DNA from: the human T2T-CHM13v2.0 reference genome, Homo sapiens | DNA length: 64,000 nt | NCBI RefSeq assembly: GCF_009914755.1 | Contig: NC_060947.1 | Direction: 5' to 3' (one strand) | In this document: positions 31,891-46,052 of the stretch, in pieces | How positions within the stretch are numbered: the first letter of the stretch is position 1 | How the letters are laid out: every line of letters begins with the position of its first letter | Position numbers and translations under genes: made by a program | The notes under the pieces: model-generated | Databases searched by the model: none | Told to the model about the DNA's origin: nothing | What the model saw: the letters and a program-made list of their open reading frames with translations, nothing else

Positions 31891-33303
31891 TGAATCCCAG
31901 ACATTTTAAATGAAAGATAAAGTCTCTGTATTGTGTAGATTATAGCAAGTGCTGAGTAAAACATCTGATCAAAAGGTATGGGTTGTTGTGTCCCTGTGTT
32001 GGAACATTGTGTTTCAGTTCATAAATATTAGTCAGCCCTTTCTTCCTAAAACACGCTTATATTGAGTCTCATCCAGGGCAATAGAAGCAGAGCTTGGGAA
32101 ATGGGATTTAAGACATAAGGTTCCTAAACAGTCTATATGACTGTTCTGTTTCTGGCTTTTTCTAAGATCACATGCAGGCTGTGATGAGTTAGCAAACTGG
32201 AAATAAAAGAAACATTTTGCTGTGTAGTATTTGCTAATTTTCATGTTGTAAATACTCCCAACATCACTGACTTTAAGCTTCTTATGGTTAACAACCTATT
32301 CACAATATTTCTGATTATTTAATAATTGGCTCTTATGAATAGAAATAGCTTCAATTCAACTGAGTCCAGGGTATCAAAACACATTATTTCTTTTTTTTTA
32401 CAAAAAACATTTATTTTATGTTTACAGGGTACATGTGCAAAATGTCCAGGTTTGTTACATGGGTAAATGGGTGTCATGGGGTTTGTTATACAGATTATTT
32501 TCTCACCCAGGTATTAAGCCTAATATCCATTAGTTATCTTTCCTAATCCTCTCTCTCCTCCCACCATCCACCTTCTGATAGGCCACAGTATGTGTTGTTC
32601 CCCTCTATGTGTCCATGTGTTCTCATAATTTAGCTCCCACTTATAAGTGAGAACATGTGGTATTTGGTTTTCTGTTTCTGTTAGTTTGCTGAGGATAATG
32701 GCCTCCAGTTCCATCCATGCTCCTGCAAAGGACACAATCTCATTCTTTTTTATGGCTGCATAGTATTCCGTGGTGCGTATGTATCATATTTTCTTTATCC
32801 AGTCTATCATTGATGGTCATTTAGGTTGATTCCATGTCTTTGCTATTGCAAATAGTGCTGCAATAAATGTGCACAGGCAAGTGTCTTTATAATAGAACAA
32901 TGTATATTCCTTTAGGTATATGCCCAGTAATTGGATTGCTGGGTTCTCTCTATAGGTCTTTGAGGAATTGTCATACTGTCTTCCACAATAGTTAAACTAA
33001 TTTACACTCCCACCAACAGTGTATAAGCATTCCTTTTTCTCCACAATCTTGTCAGGATTTATTTTTGACTTTTTAATAGTAGTCATTCTAACTGGTGTGA
33101 GATGCTCTCTCATTGTGGTTTTCATTTGCATTTATCTAATAATCAGTGATATTCAGCTTTTTTTCATATGCTTGTTGCCTATGTGTTTGTCTTCCTTTGA
33201 AAATTGTCTGTTCATGTACATTCCTCAATTTTTAATAGAGTTGTTTGTTTTTTTCTTTTAAATTGGTTTAAGTTCTTATAAATTGGTTTAAAGATGCTGG
33301 ATA

Positions 33304-33611
33304 GGCCAGGCGCAGTGGTCATACCTGTAATCCCAGCATTTTGGGAGCCTGAGGCAGGTGGATCACCTGAGGTCAGGAGTTCAAGACTAGCCTGGCCAAC
33401 AGGGTGAAACCCCATCTGTACAAAAAATATTAAAAATTAGACAGGAATGATGGTGGGTGCCTGTAATCCCAGCTGCTCAGGAGGCTGAGGCGGGAGAATC
33501 ATTTGAACCTCAGAGGCAGAGGTTGCAGTGAGCTGAGATCACACCATTGCAGTCCAGCTGGGGGACAGAGTGAGACTCCATCTCAAAAATATATAAATAA
33601 ATAAACAAATA
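33304..33611 (+). mobile_element. Alu (AluS-type)
   Basis: ggccaggcgcagtgg...dimer...A-rich tail, with degenerate TSD aagatgctggata / aaatgctagatg. Confidence 0.95.
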
Positions 33612-36600
33612 AATGCTAGATGTTACACCTTTGTCAAAGGCTTAGTTTGCAAAATTTTTTCAATTCTCTAGGTTGTCTGTTTACCCTGTTGATATTTTAT
33701 TTTGCTGTACAGAAGCTTTTTAGTTTAATTCAATACCATTTGACAATTTTTACTTTTGTTACAATTGCTTGTGGCTTCTTCCTCAGGAAATCTTTGCACA
33801 TGCCTATGTCTTGAATGGTATGGCTTAGGTTGTCTTCCAGGGTTTTTATAGTTGAGTTTTTACATTTAAGTTATTAATAAATCTTGAGTTAATTTTTGTA
33901 TGTGGTTTAAGAAAGGGGTACAGTTTCAATTTTCTGAATATGGCTAGCCAGTTATCTCAGCACCATTTACTGAATAAGGAATCCTTTCCCCATTGCTTGT
34001 TTTTGCCAAATTGATCACAAATCAGATAGTTGTAGGTGTGTGGTCTTATTTCTAGGTTCTCTATTCTCTTCCATTGATCTATATGTATGTTCTTGTACCA
34101 GTACCATGCTGTTTTGGTTACTCTAGCCCTGTAGTATAGTTTGAAGTTGGGTAGCTTGATGCCTTCAACTTTGTTCTTTTTGCTGAGGATTGCCTTAGCT
34201 ATTTGGGCACATTTTTGGATCCATATAAATTTTAAAACAGTTTTTTCTAGTCCTGTGAAGAAAATCATGGTAGTTTAATCAGAATACCATTGAATCTATA
34301 AATTGCTTGGGCAGTATGGCCATTTTAGCAATATTGATTCTTTGTATCTATGAGTGTAAAATGTTTTTCCATTTGGTTGTGTCATCTCTGATTCCTTTGA
34401 GCAGTGGTTTTTAGTTCTCCTTGTAGAGATCCTTTACCTCCCTTGTTAGTTTTATTTCTAGATGTTTTATTCTTTTGTGGCAATTGTGAATGGGAGTTTG
34501 TTTGTGATTTGGCTTTCAGCTTGGCTGCTGTTGGAGTGTAGAAATGCTAGTGATTTTTGCACATTTATTTTGTATCCTGAGACTTTGCTGAAGTTGTTTA
34601 TCAACTTAAGAGGCTTTTCAGTTGAGATGATGGGGTTTTCTACATATAAGATTTTGTCATCTGCAAACAGGGATAGTTTGACTTCTTCTCTTTCTATTTG
34701 AATGTCCTTTATTTTTTCTCTTGACTGATTACCCGGGCCAGAATTTCCAACACTATGTTGAATAGGAGGGATGAGAGGGGGCATCAACTTTTTGTACTGG
34801 TTTTCAAGGGGGATACTTCCAGCTTTTGTGCATTCAGTATGATATTGGCTGTGGGATTCTTATATATGGCTCTTATTATTTTAAGGTACATTCCTGCAAC
34901 ACTTAGTTTATTGAGAGTTTGTAACATGAATGGATGTTGAATTTTATCAAGAGCATTTTCTACATCTATAGAGAAAAAGATGAGTTTTTGTTTTCAATTG
35001 TTTATGTGATAAATCACATTTACTGATTTGTGTATTTTGAACAAACCTTGCATCCCAGGGATGAAGCCTACTTTATAATTGTAGATTAGATTTTTGATGT
35101 GCTGCTGGATTTGGTTTGCCAGTATCCTGTTGAGGATTTTTCCATTAGTGTTCACAAAGGATACTGGCATGAAGTTTTCTTTTTTTGTTGTGTCTTTGCC
35201 AGGTTTTGGTATAAGGATGACTCTGGCCTCATAGAATGAGTTAGGGAGATGTTTCTCTTTTTCAGTTTTTGGAAAAGTTTCAGTAGGAATGGTACCAGAT
35301 CTTCTTTGTACATCTGGTAAAATGCAGCTGAGAAGCCATCTGATCATGGGTTTTTTTTTTTTGTTTGGTAAGCTAATTATTACCGCCTCAATTTCAAAAT
35401 TCATTACTGGTCTCTTCAGGGATTCAGTTTCTTCTTGATTCAGTCTTGGGAGGGTGTATGTGTCCAGGAATCTATCCATTTCTTCTAGATTTTCTAGTTT
35501 ATGTGCATAGAGGTGTTTATAATATTCTCTGATGATTGTATTTCTCTTGGGTCGCTGGGAACATCCCCCTTATAATTTCTGATTGTATTTGAATCTTCTC
35601 TCCTTTTTTCTTTATTAGTCTATCTAGCAGTCTATCTTTTTTATTATTTTTTTCAGAATAGCAGCTTCTGGATTTGATGATGTTTTGAATGTTTTTTCAT
35701 GTCTATATCATTCAGTTCAGCTCTGATTTTGCTTATTTCATTTCTTCTACTAGCTTTGGGCTTTGTTTGCTTTTGGTTTTCTAGTTTTTTTAGTTGTGAT
35801 GTTAGATTGTTAACTTGAGATCTTTCTAGCTTTTGGTGTGGGCATTTAGTGCTATAAATTTCCCTCTTAACGCTGCCTTAGTGGTATCCCAGTGATTCTG
35901 GTACGTTTTACTTTTGTTCTCATTAGTTTCAAAGAACTTCTTGATTTCTACCTTAATTTCATTATTTACCCAAAAATCATTCAGGAGAAGTTGATTTAAT
36001 TTCCATGAAATTGTATGGTTTTGAGTTAATTTCTTTGTTTTCAGTTCTAACTGGATTGTGCTGTGGCCTGAGAAACTGTTCATTATAATTTCAGTTCCTT
36101 TGCATTTGCTTAGGAATGTTTCACTTCTGAATATGTGATCAATTTCACAGAAAGTGTCATGCGGCACTGAAAAGAATGTATATTCTTTTGGTTTTGGGTG
36201 GAGAGTTCTATAGATATCTATCAGGTCCATTTGACCCAGTTCAGGTTCTGAATATTTTTGTTAGTTTTCTTTGTCAATGATTTAATATTGTCAGTGGGGT
36301 GTTAAAGTCTCCCACTGTGTGGGAGTCTAAGTCTCTTTGAAGGTCTCTAAGGATTTTCTTTATGAATCTGGGTGCTCCTGAGTTGGGTGCATGTATATTT
36401 AGGATAGTTAAGTCTTCCTGATAAATTGAACCCTTTATGTTGAATTGGAGCTCGTTTAATAGAACTCTGTTGACTTACCCCATTATGTAATGCCCTTCTT
36501 TGTCTTTTTTGATCTCTGTTGGTTTAAACTCCGTTTTGTTAGAAACCAGGATTGCAACACCTGATATTTTTTTCTGCTTTCCATTTGTTTGGTAAATTTT

Positions 36601-36938
36601 CCTCCATCCCTTTATTTTGAGCCTATGTGTGTCATCAAATGTGAGATGGGACTTTTGAAGACAACATGCCAATGGGTTTTGGTTCTTTTTTTTTTTTTTT
36701 TTATAAAACTATCTTTTTTCTTTTTTTTTTTTAATTATACTTTAAGTTTTAGGGTACATGTGCACATTGTGCAGGTTAGTTACATATGTATACATGTGCC
36801 ATGCTGGTGTGCTGCACCCACTAACTCGTCATCTAGCATTAGGTATATCTCCCAATGCTATCCCTCCCCCCTCCCCCCTCCCCACCACAGTCCCCAGAGT
36901 GTGATATTCCCCTTCCTGTGTCCATGCGATCTCATTGT

Positions 36939-39491
<2,553 letters not shown>

Positions 39492-39554
39492 TATGATGTT
39501 AGCTGGTGATTTTGCTAGTTAGTTGATGCAGTTTCTTCCTAGTCTGGATGCTCT

Positions 39555-40571
39555 TTACATTTTGGCATGATTTTGCAGCGGCTGGTACCGGTTGTTCCTT
39601 TCCATGTTTAGCGCTTCCTTCAGGAGCTCTTTTAGGGCAGGCCTGGTGGTGACAAAATCGGTCAGCATTTCCTTGTCCGTAAAGTATTTTATTTCTCCTT
39701 CACTTATGAAGCTTAGTTTGGCTGGATATGAAATTCTGGGTTGAAAATTCTTTTCTTTAAGAACGTTGAATATTGGCCCCCACTCTCTTCTGGCTTGTAG
39801 GGTTTCTGCCAAGAGATCCGCTGTTAGTCTGATGGGCTTCCCTTTGAGGGTAACCCGACCTTTCTCTCTGGCTGCCCTTAACATTTTTTCCTTCATTTCA
39901 ACTTTGGTGAATCTGACCATTATGTGTCTTGGAGTTGCTCTTCTCGAGGAGTATCTTTGTGGCATTCTCTGTATTTCCTGAATCTGAACGTTGGCCTGCC
40001 TTGCTAGATTGGGGAAGTTCTCCTGGATAATATCCTGCAGAGTGTTTTCCAACTTGATTCCATTCTCTGCATCACTTTCAGGTACACCAATCAGACGTAG
40101 ATTTGGTCTTTTCACATAGTCCCATATTTCTTGGAGGCTTTGCTCATTTCTTTTTATTCTTTTTTCTCTAAACTTCCCTTCTCGCTTCATTTCATTCATT
40201 TCATCTTCCATTGCTGATACCCTTTCTTCCAGTTGATTGCATCGGCTCCTGAGGCTTCTGCATTCTTCACGTAGTTCTCGAGCCTTGGTTTTCAGCTCCA
40301 TCAGCTCCTTTAAGCACTTCTCTGTATTGGTTATTCTAGTTATACATTCTTCTAAATTTTTTTCAAAGTTTTCAACTTCTTTGCCTTTGGTTTGAATGTC
40401 CTCCCGTAGCTCAGAGTAATTTGATCGTCTGAAGCCTTCTTCTCTCAGCTCGTCAAAATCATTCTCCATCCAGCTTTGTTCCATTGCTGGTGAGGAACTG
40501 CGTTCCTTTGGAGGAGGAGAGGCGCTCTGCATTTTAGAGTTTCCAGTTTTTCTGTTCTGTTTTTTCCCCAT
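39555..40571 (-). CDS. L1 ORF1p, full-length 338 aa RNA-binding chaperone
   Basis: Uninterrupted MGKKQNRKTGNSK...YQPLQNHAKM with the REKG, ARR and YPAKLS motifs intact. Confidence 0.95.
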   Translation of the reverse strand: MGKKQNRKTGNSKMQSASPPPKERSSSPAMEQSWMENDFDELREEGFRRSNYSELREDIQTKGKEVENFEKNLEECITRITNTEKCLKELMELKTKARELREECRSLRSRCNQLEERVSAMEDEMNEMKREGKFREKRIKRNEQSLQEIWDYVKRPNLRLIGVPESDAENGIKLENTLQDIIQENFPNLARQANVQIQEIQRMPQRYSSRRATPRHIMVRFTKVEMKEKMLRAAREKGRVTLKGKPIRLTADLLAETLQARREWGPIFNVLKEKNFQPRISYPAKLSFISEGEIKYFTDKEMLTDFVTTRPALKELLKEALNMERNNRYQPLQNHAKM

Positions 40572-41477
40572 CTTTGTGGTTTTATCTACTTTTGGTCTTT
40601 GATGATGGTGATGTACAGATGGGTTTTTGGTGTGGATGTCCTTTCTGTTTATTAGTTTTCCTTCTAACAGACAGGACCCTCAGCTGCAGGTCTGTTGGAA
40701 TACCCTGCCGTGTGAGGTGTCAGTGTGCCCCTGCTGGGGGGTGCCTCCCAGTTAGGCTGCTCCGGGGTCAGGGGTCAGGGACCCACTTGAGGAGGCAGTC
40801 TGCCCGTTCTCAGATCTCCAGCTGCGTGCTGGGAGAACCACTGCTCTCTTCAAAGCTGTCAGACAGGGACATTTAAGTCTGCAAAGGTTACTGCTGTCTT
40901 TTTGTTTGTCTGTGCCCTGCCCACAGAGGTGGAGCCTACAGAGGCAGGCAGGCCTCCTTGAGCTGTGGTGGGCTCCACCCAGTTCGAGCTTCCCGGCTGC
41001 TTTGTTTACCTAAGCAAGCCTGGGCAATGGCGGGCGCCCCTCCCCCAGCCTCGTTGCCGCCTTGCAGTTTGATCTCAGACTGCTGTGCTAGCAATCAGCG
41101 AGATTCCGTGGGCGTAGGACCCTCCGAGCCAGGTGTGGGATATAGTCTCGTGGTGCGCCGTTTTTTAAGCCGGTCTGAAAAGCGCAATATTCGGGTCGGA
41201 GTGACCCGATTTTCCAGGTGCCGTCTGTCACCCCTTTCTTTGACTCGGAAAGGGAACTCCCTGACCCCTTGCGCTTCCCAGGTGAGGCAATGCCTCGCCC
41301 TGCTTCGGCTCGCGCACGGTGCGCGCACCCACTGGCCTGCACCCACTGTCTGGCACTCCCTAGTGAGATGAACCCGGTACCTCAGATGGAAATGTAGAAA
41401 TCACCCGTCTTCTGCGTCGCTCACGCTGGGAGCTGTAGACGGGAGCTGTTCCTATTCGGCCATCTTGGCTCCTCCCC
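40572..41477 (-). promoter_or_regulatory. L1 5'UTR: internal sense promoter and antisense promoter, CpG-rich
   Basis: Dense CpGs at 40980-41460 and an intact YY1 motif (gccatcttg, 41459-41467) near the 5' end. Confidence 0.88.
41027..41371 (+). CDS. L1 antisense ORF0, 114-aa extended form
   Basis: ATG in gcaATGg context. MAGAPPPASLPPCSLISDCCASNQRDSVGVGPSEPG matches the primate ORF0 N-terminus. The frame is open to 41371. Confidence 0.75.
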   Translation: MAGAPPPASLPPCSLISDCCASNQRDSVGVGPSEPGVGYSLVVRRFLSRSEKRNIRVGVTRFSRCRLSPLSLTRKGNSLTPCASQVRQCLALLRLAHGARTHWPAPTVWHSLVR

Positions 41478-43854
41478 AGTCGGGTTTTGGTTCTTTATCG
41501 ATCTTGCTGCTCTGTGTCTTTTAATTGGGGCATTTAGCTCATTTACATTTAATGTTAGCATTGTTATGTATGAATTTGATTCTGTCATTGTGATGTTAGC
41601 TGGTTATTTTGCAAACATTTATGTGGTTGCTTCATAGTGTCACTGGTGTATGTACTTCAGTGTGTTTTCGTAGTGGCTGGTAATAGTTTTTCCCTTCCAT
41701 ACTAAGTGCTTCCTTCAGGAGCTCTTGTAAGGCAGGTCTGGCGGTAATACATACCTTCAACATATGCTTGTTTGAAAAAGGATCTTATTTTTTCTTTGCT
41801 TATGAAGCATAGTTTGGCCAGATATGAAATTCTGGGTTAAAATTTCTTTTATGAATGTTGAATATTGGTCCCAATTTCTCCTGGCTTTGAGGGTTTCCAC
41901 TGAGAGGTCCACTTTTAGTCCGATGGGCTTCCCTTTGCAGGTGACCTTGTCTCTGTCTCTGGCTGCCCTTAACATTTTTTCTTTCATATCAACCTTGTAG
42001 AATCTGATGATTGTGTGTCTTGGGGATGATCTTCTCATGGAGTATCTTACTGGGGTTCTCTGCATTTCCTGAATTTGAATGTTGGCCTGTCTAGCTAGGT
42101 TGGGAAAGTTTTTATAAATAATATCCTGAAATATGTTTTTCAAATTTGTTTTATTCTCCCCATCTCTTTCACGTACACCAATCAGTCACAGATTCATTTT
42201 TTTTACACAATCCCATATTTCCTGCAGGTTTTGTTTATTTCCTTTTATTCTTTTTTCTCTATTTTTGTCTGCCTGTCTTATTTCAAAAAGAAGGTCTTGA
42301 AGCTCACACTTTTTCTCCATTTGGTGTATTCTGCTATTAATACTTGCAATTGAATTATGAAATTCTTGTGTATTTTTCAGCTCTATCAGGTCAGTTACAT
42401 TCTTCTCTGTACTGGATATTTTGTTTGTCAGCTCCTGCACTGGTTTATCATGGTTTTTAACTTGCTTGAATTGGGATACGATGTGCTCCTTTAGCTCAGT
42501 GAAATTCATTTTTATCCATATTCTGAATTCTACTTCTGTCACTTCAGCCGTTTTAGTCTCAGCCCAGTTCTGAACCCTTGCTGAAGAGGTGATTTGGGCA
42601 TTTGTAGGAACAAGAGCACTCTGGCTTTTCGAGGTTTCAGTGTTCTTGCAGTAATTCTTTCTCATCTTTGTGGGCTTATCTACCTTCATTCTTTGAGGTT
42701 ATTGATATTTGGTTGGGTTTTATTTTCTCTTAACAGTCTGGCCACATTTCAGTAGGGCTGCTTCAGTTTGCTGGGGGTCCACTCCAATCCTTAGTCACCT
42801 TAGATTTTTCAGTATCTGGAGGTATCACCAGTGAAGACTGCACAACAGCAAAGATGGCAGCCTGCAGCCTTTTTTGGGAGCTTCATTCCGGAATGTACAG
42901 ACTTCTTGCCAGCCTGAATGCACCAGTAGGAGGTGGCTGGAGATGTTGGTTGGGAGGTCTCACCCACTCAGGAAGAACAGAATTGGGGACCTACTTAAAA
43001 AGGCAGTCAGCAATGCTTTCATAAAGCAGGTGTGCTGGGCTGGGGTACCGCTTTTACCTCCAGTCAGTTAGCTTGGGATCTCCAAAGTCTGGAGACTGGA
43101 ATGGCTAAGTCACTGAAACACCAAAGATGGCAGACCATTCCTCCTTCTAGCAGCTCTGTCTCAGAAAGTTTTCAAATCTCTGTTAGCCAGAGAACATTGG
43201 CAGGAATAGCTGGAGTCCCCAGTTAGGAGGTTCCCCCTACTGAGGAGGAACAAATCAGGGACTCACTTAAAGAAGCAGTGTGGCCATGCTTTTATAGAGC
43301 AGCTGTGTTATGCTGGGGTGCCACTTCTGCCCTGGTCAGCTTGGGCTCTCTAAAGCCCACAGGCTAGAATGGCTGAGTTGCTCAAGGAGCACAGATTACA
43401 GCCTGCCCCTCCCCTTGGGAACTTCATCCTGTCCCAGGTCCCAGATAGGTGCAACACTGTTGCCGGTGGCTGGCTGGAATTCCAAGCCAGTGAGTCTTAT
43501 GCTGTGAGGCACCATAGAAGTGGGGCCCGCAGACCATCACTACTCAGCACCCTGTATTCAGCCCCCTTTTAGGGGTATGTATGATAGTTCAACCTCCTGC
43601 CTTGCCTGAGTTGCAGTCACCTTTGCCAGGAATTCTGGAGCTGGTAGGCCATTTCTCTTCCCTGTTTTTCTCCATTCTCCATGAGTTGAGCTATTTCCTT
43701 GATCAGTCCCACTGCAAGTACCTGGATGTTTCAATTGAAGGTGCTGTATTTGCTCATTCCTTTTCTCTCTGTGAAAACCATGCACTGTAGCTGCTTCTAG
43801 GCGGCCCCCTCCTGTGTCTTTATTTCTTTGTACACTTTAGTTGTTTCTGGGACC

Positions 43855-44110
43855 AGACAGATTAGATCCTGTCTTAACAACTTCCAATGTGTGTGACTTT
43901 GATATTATATCTACCCTTTTTTTGTGCCTCAGAATTTTTGCCTACAAATTGGAGATAATGTTGCTACACACCTCATAGTTTTGTTGTGAGATTTAAAAGT
44001 GATAATTCTCATGATGCTCAGAAATATGTTCTTGACACAGTGTTGCTGCTCAGTAAATGACAGCTATCACCATCATAATCACCATCATCATTATCATTAC
44101 CATAATCATC
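43855..44110 (+). mobile_element. MIR followed by a degenerate (CAT)n tail
   Basis: tgtgtgactttg...gtgcctcag...cacctcatag...gtgagattta...ctcagtaaatgacagctat. Confidence 0.75.
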
Positions 44111-44264
44111 ACAACTCTTCCTGAAACCACTGCAAAACAGTATGGGATATAAAAGAGAGGAAATTGTAGAGGAGTGAGCCAGAAGTGACACCTCAGGAGT
44201 CTTTATTCCCTGACTAGTTCCAGAGAAGGCATGCAAGACACTGTCCTGCAGACTCACCTAGTGG

Positions 44265-45135
44265 TGTACAGGGAGACCCCCTGAAACTATTGCTGTGGAA
44301 TAAAAGATGAAATGCTCCTGATTATTGTAAATACAAAATTGTATGCAGGATTGTGTAAAGACAAGGCCAGGTTGGGCTGCCAGAATGAGCCAACAGTGCA
44401 TGATGTGCTTCCCCCTGCAGAGAGCCTGTGAACAGACGTGCAGTCAGGGAGGTTTCACATCACCAAGATTCCTATCCCAGAAAAGCAGATGTTCATAGCT
44501 CTGGGAATGGAATGCGACCCTTGTGGAGAGCCTATAAACGGACGCATGAGGGGCACCTGTTCATATGGATAAGATAGAGCTATAAACACCCTCATCATCT
44601 TGCCACAGCTCTTCTAGGCCTCTTTGGGGTTAAGACATACTCCCTTCTGAGAATTTCTGGTCTAACGCATTGTCTAGCTTCACGTCCTGTTTCTATGGAT
44701 TGTTTGTAAACAGCTTTTGCTGCAACTGTTACTGCTGATTAATATCTTGCTAATCATAGGTTATGGAAAGACTGTTTCTGTTTTAAGGCTCTGTTAGAAA
44801 TTATTGATGCACACACTATATTGTAAATTCTTATCTCTGTATACTGTACTTCTGCATACAGATGTTATGTTAAAGAATTATTTCATCCCCATGTGACCAT
44901 CTCACCTCATAATCAAATGACCCTAAATCCCTCACTAACCTACCCTCACCCTCACTAAACTTAATAATAAATGCTGGTATATCCAGTGCATTGGCAGCAT
45001 CATGGGACCAGAAGGTGGTGACCCCCCTGGACCCAGCTTTCACTATCTTGTATGTGCCTATTATTTCTCAACCTGCTGATCTGCCTGGGAACAAAGAGAG
45101 ACATTGCATTGCGGGCTGCTGGCCAGATCCCACAA
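44265..45135 (+). mobile_element. Solo LTR, ERVK class (MER11D/HML-7-like), ~870 bp
   Basis: Starts TG and ends ...agatcccaca(a). AATAAA at 44965-44970. Direct repeat tagtgg(tg) at 44259 and 45136 fits a 6-bp TSD. No internal viral sequence is adjacent. Family name is from memory. Confidence 0.78.
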
Positions 45136-45680
45136 TAGTGGTGATCTTACATAATCTGCAACAAAAGTGCAGCCCAGAAAAGGTATTATGACATTCAGGG
45201 TGTAGAGATGAGTTTCATTTGGGGGCAGAGGCAAGGGGATCACCTTGAAAGAAACAAAATCCCTCCTTGTCTCTTTAGGAATATTAACAAATAAATTTTA
45301 CATCTATTACTTTGTTGTGAAGTTATGATTGAAAACAGCATTGTCTATGGGTCAACAGAGAACCAGGGTGAGTCATCACAGGCACATTGGCTCTGAATGG
45401 TACTTATGACCTCAGTGCAAAAGGCCTGAACTATTCAATGGCTCATGAAATGTCAATTGCTGACCCTCTGGATGGACTCTCAACTGGAGGGGTTTCTTCA
45501 AAGAAAGACTGGGTCTTAGGGTAGATATCTCATGGAAGGACGGACTCTGGAACCATGAAATGACAGACTGGACAAGTAGTTTAGCAAGGAATATTGGAGT
45601 ACACACTCTTTCTGAAAATGGCATGAGCTACGGGTTCTCCTATGAGACTGAATTTAGACATGTACTTAGGACAAGCTTCA

Positions 45681-46052
<372 letters not shown>

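Noticed and set aside
42840-43420. Spaced direct repeats resembling an array
   Set aside because: Degenerate repeat units internal to an old L1PA 5'UTR. Not CRISPR-like, and the DNA is eukaryotic.
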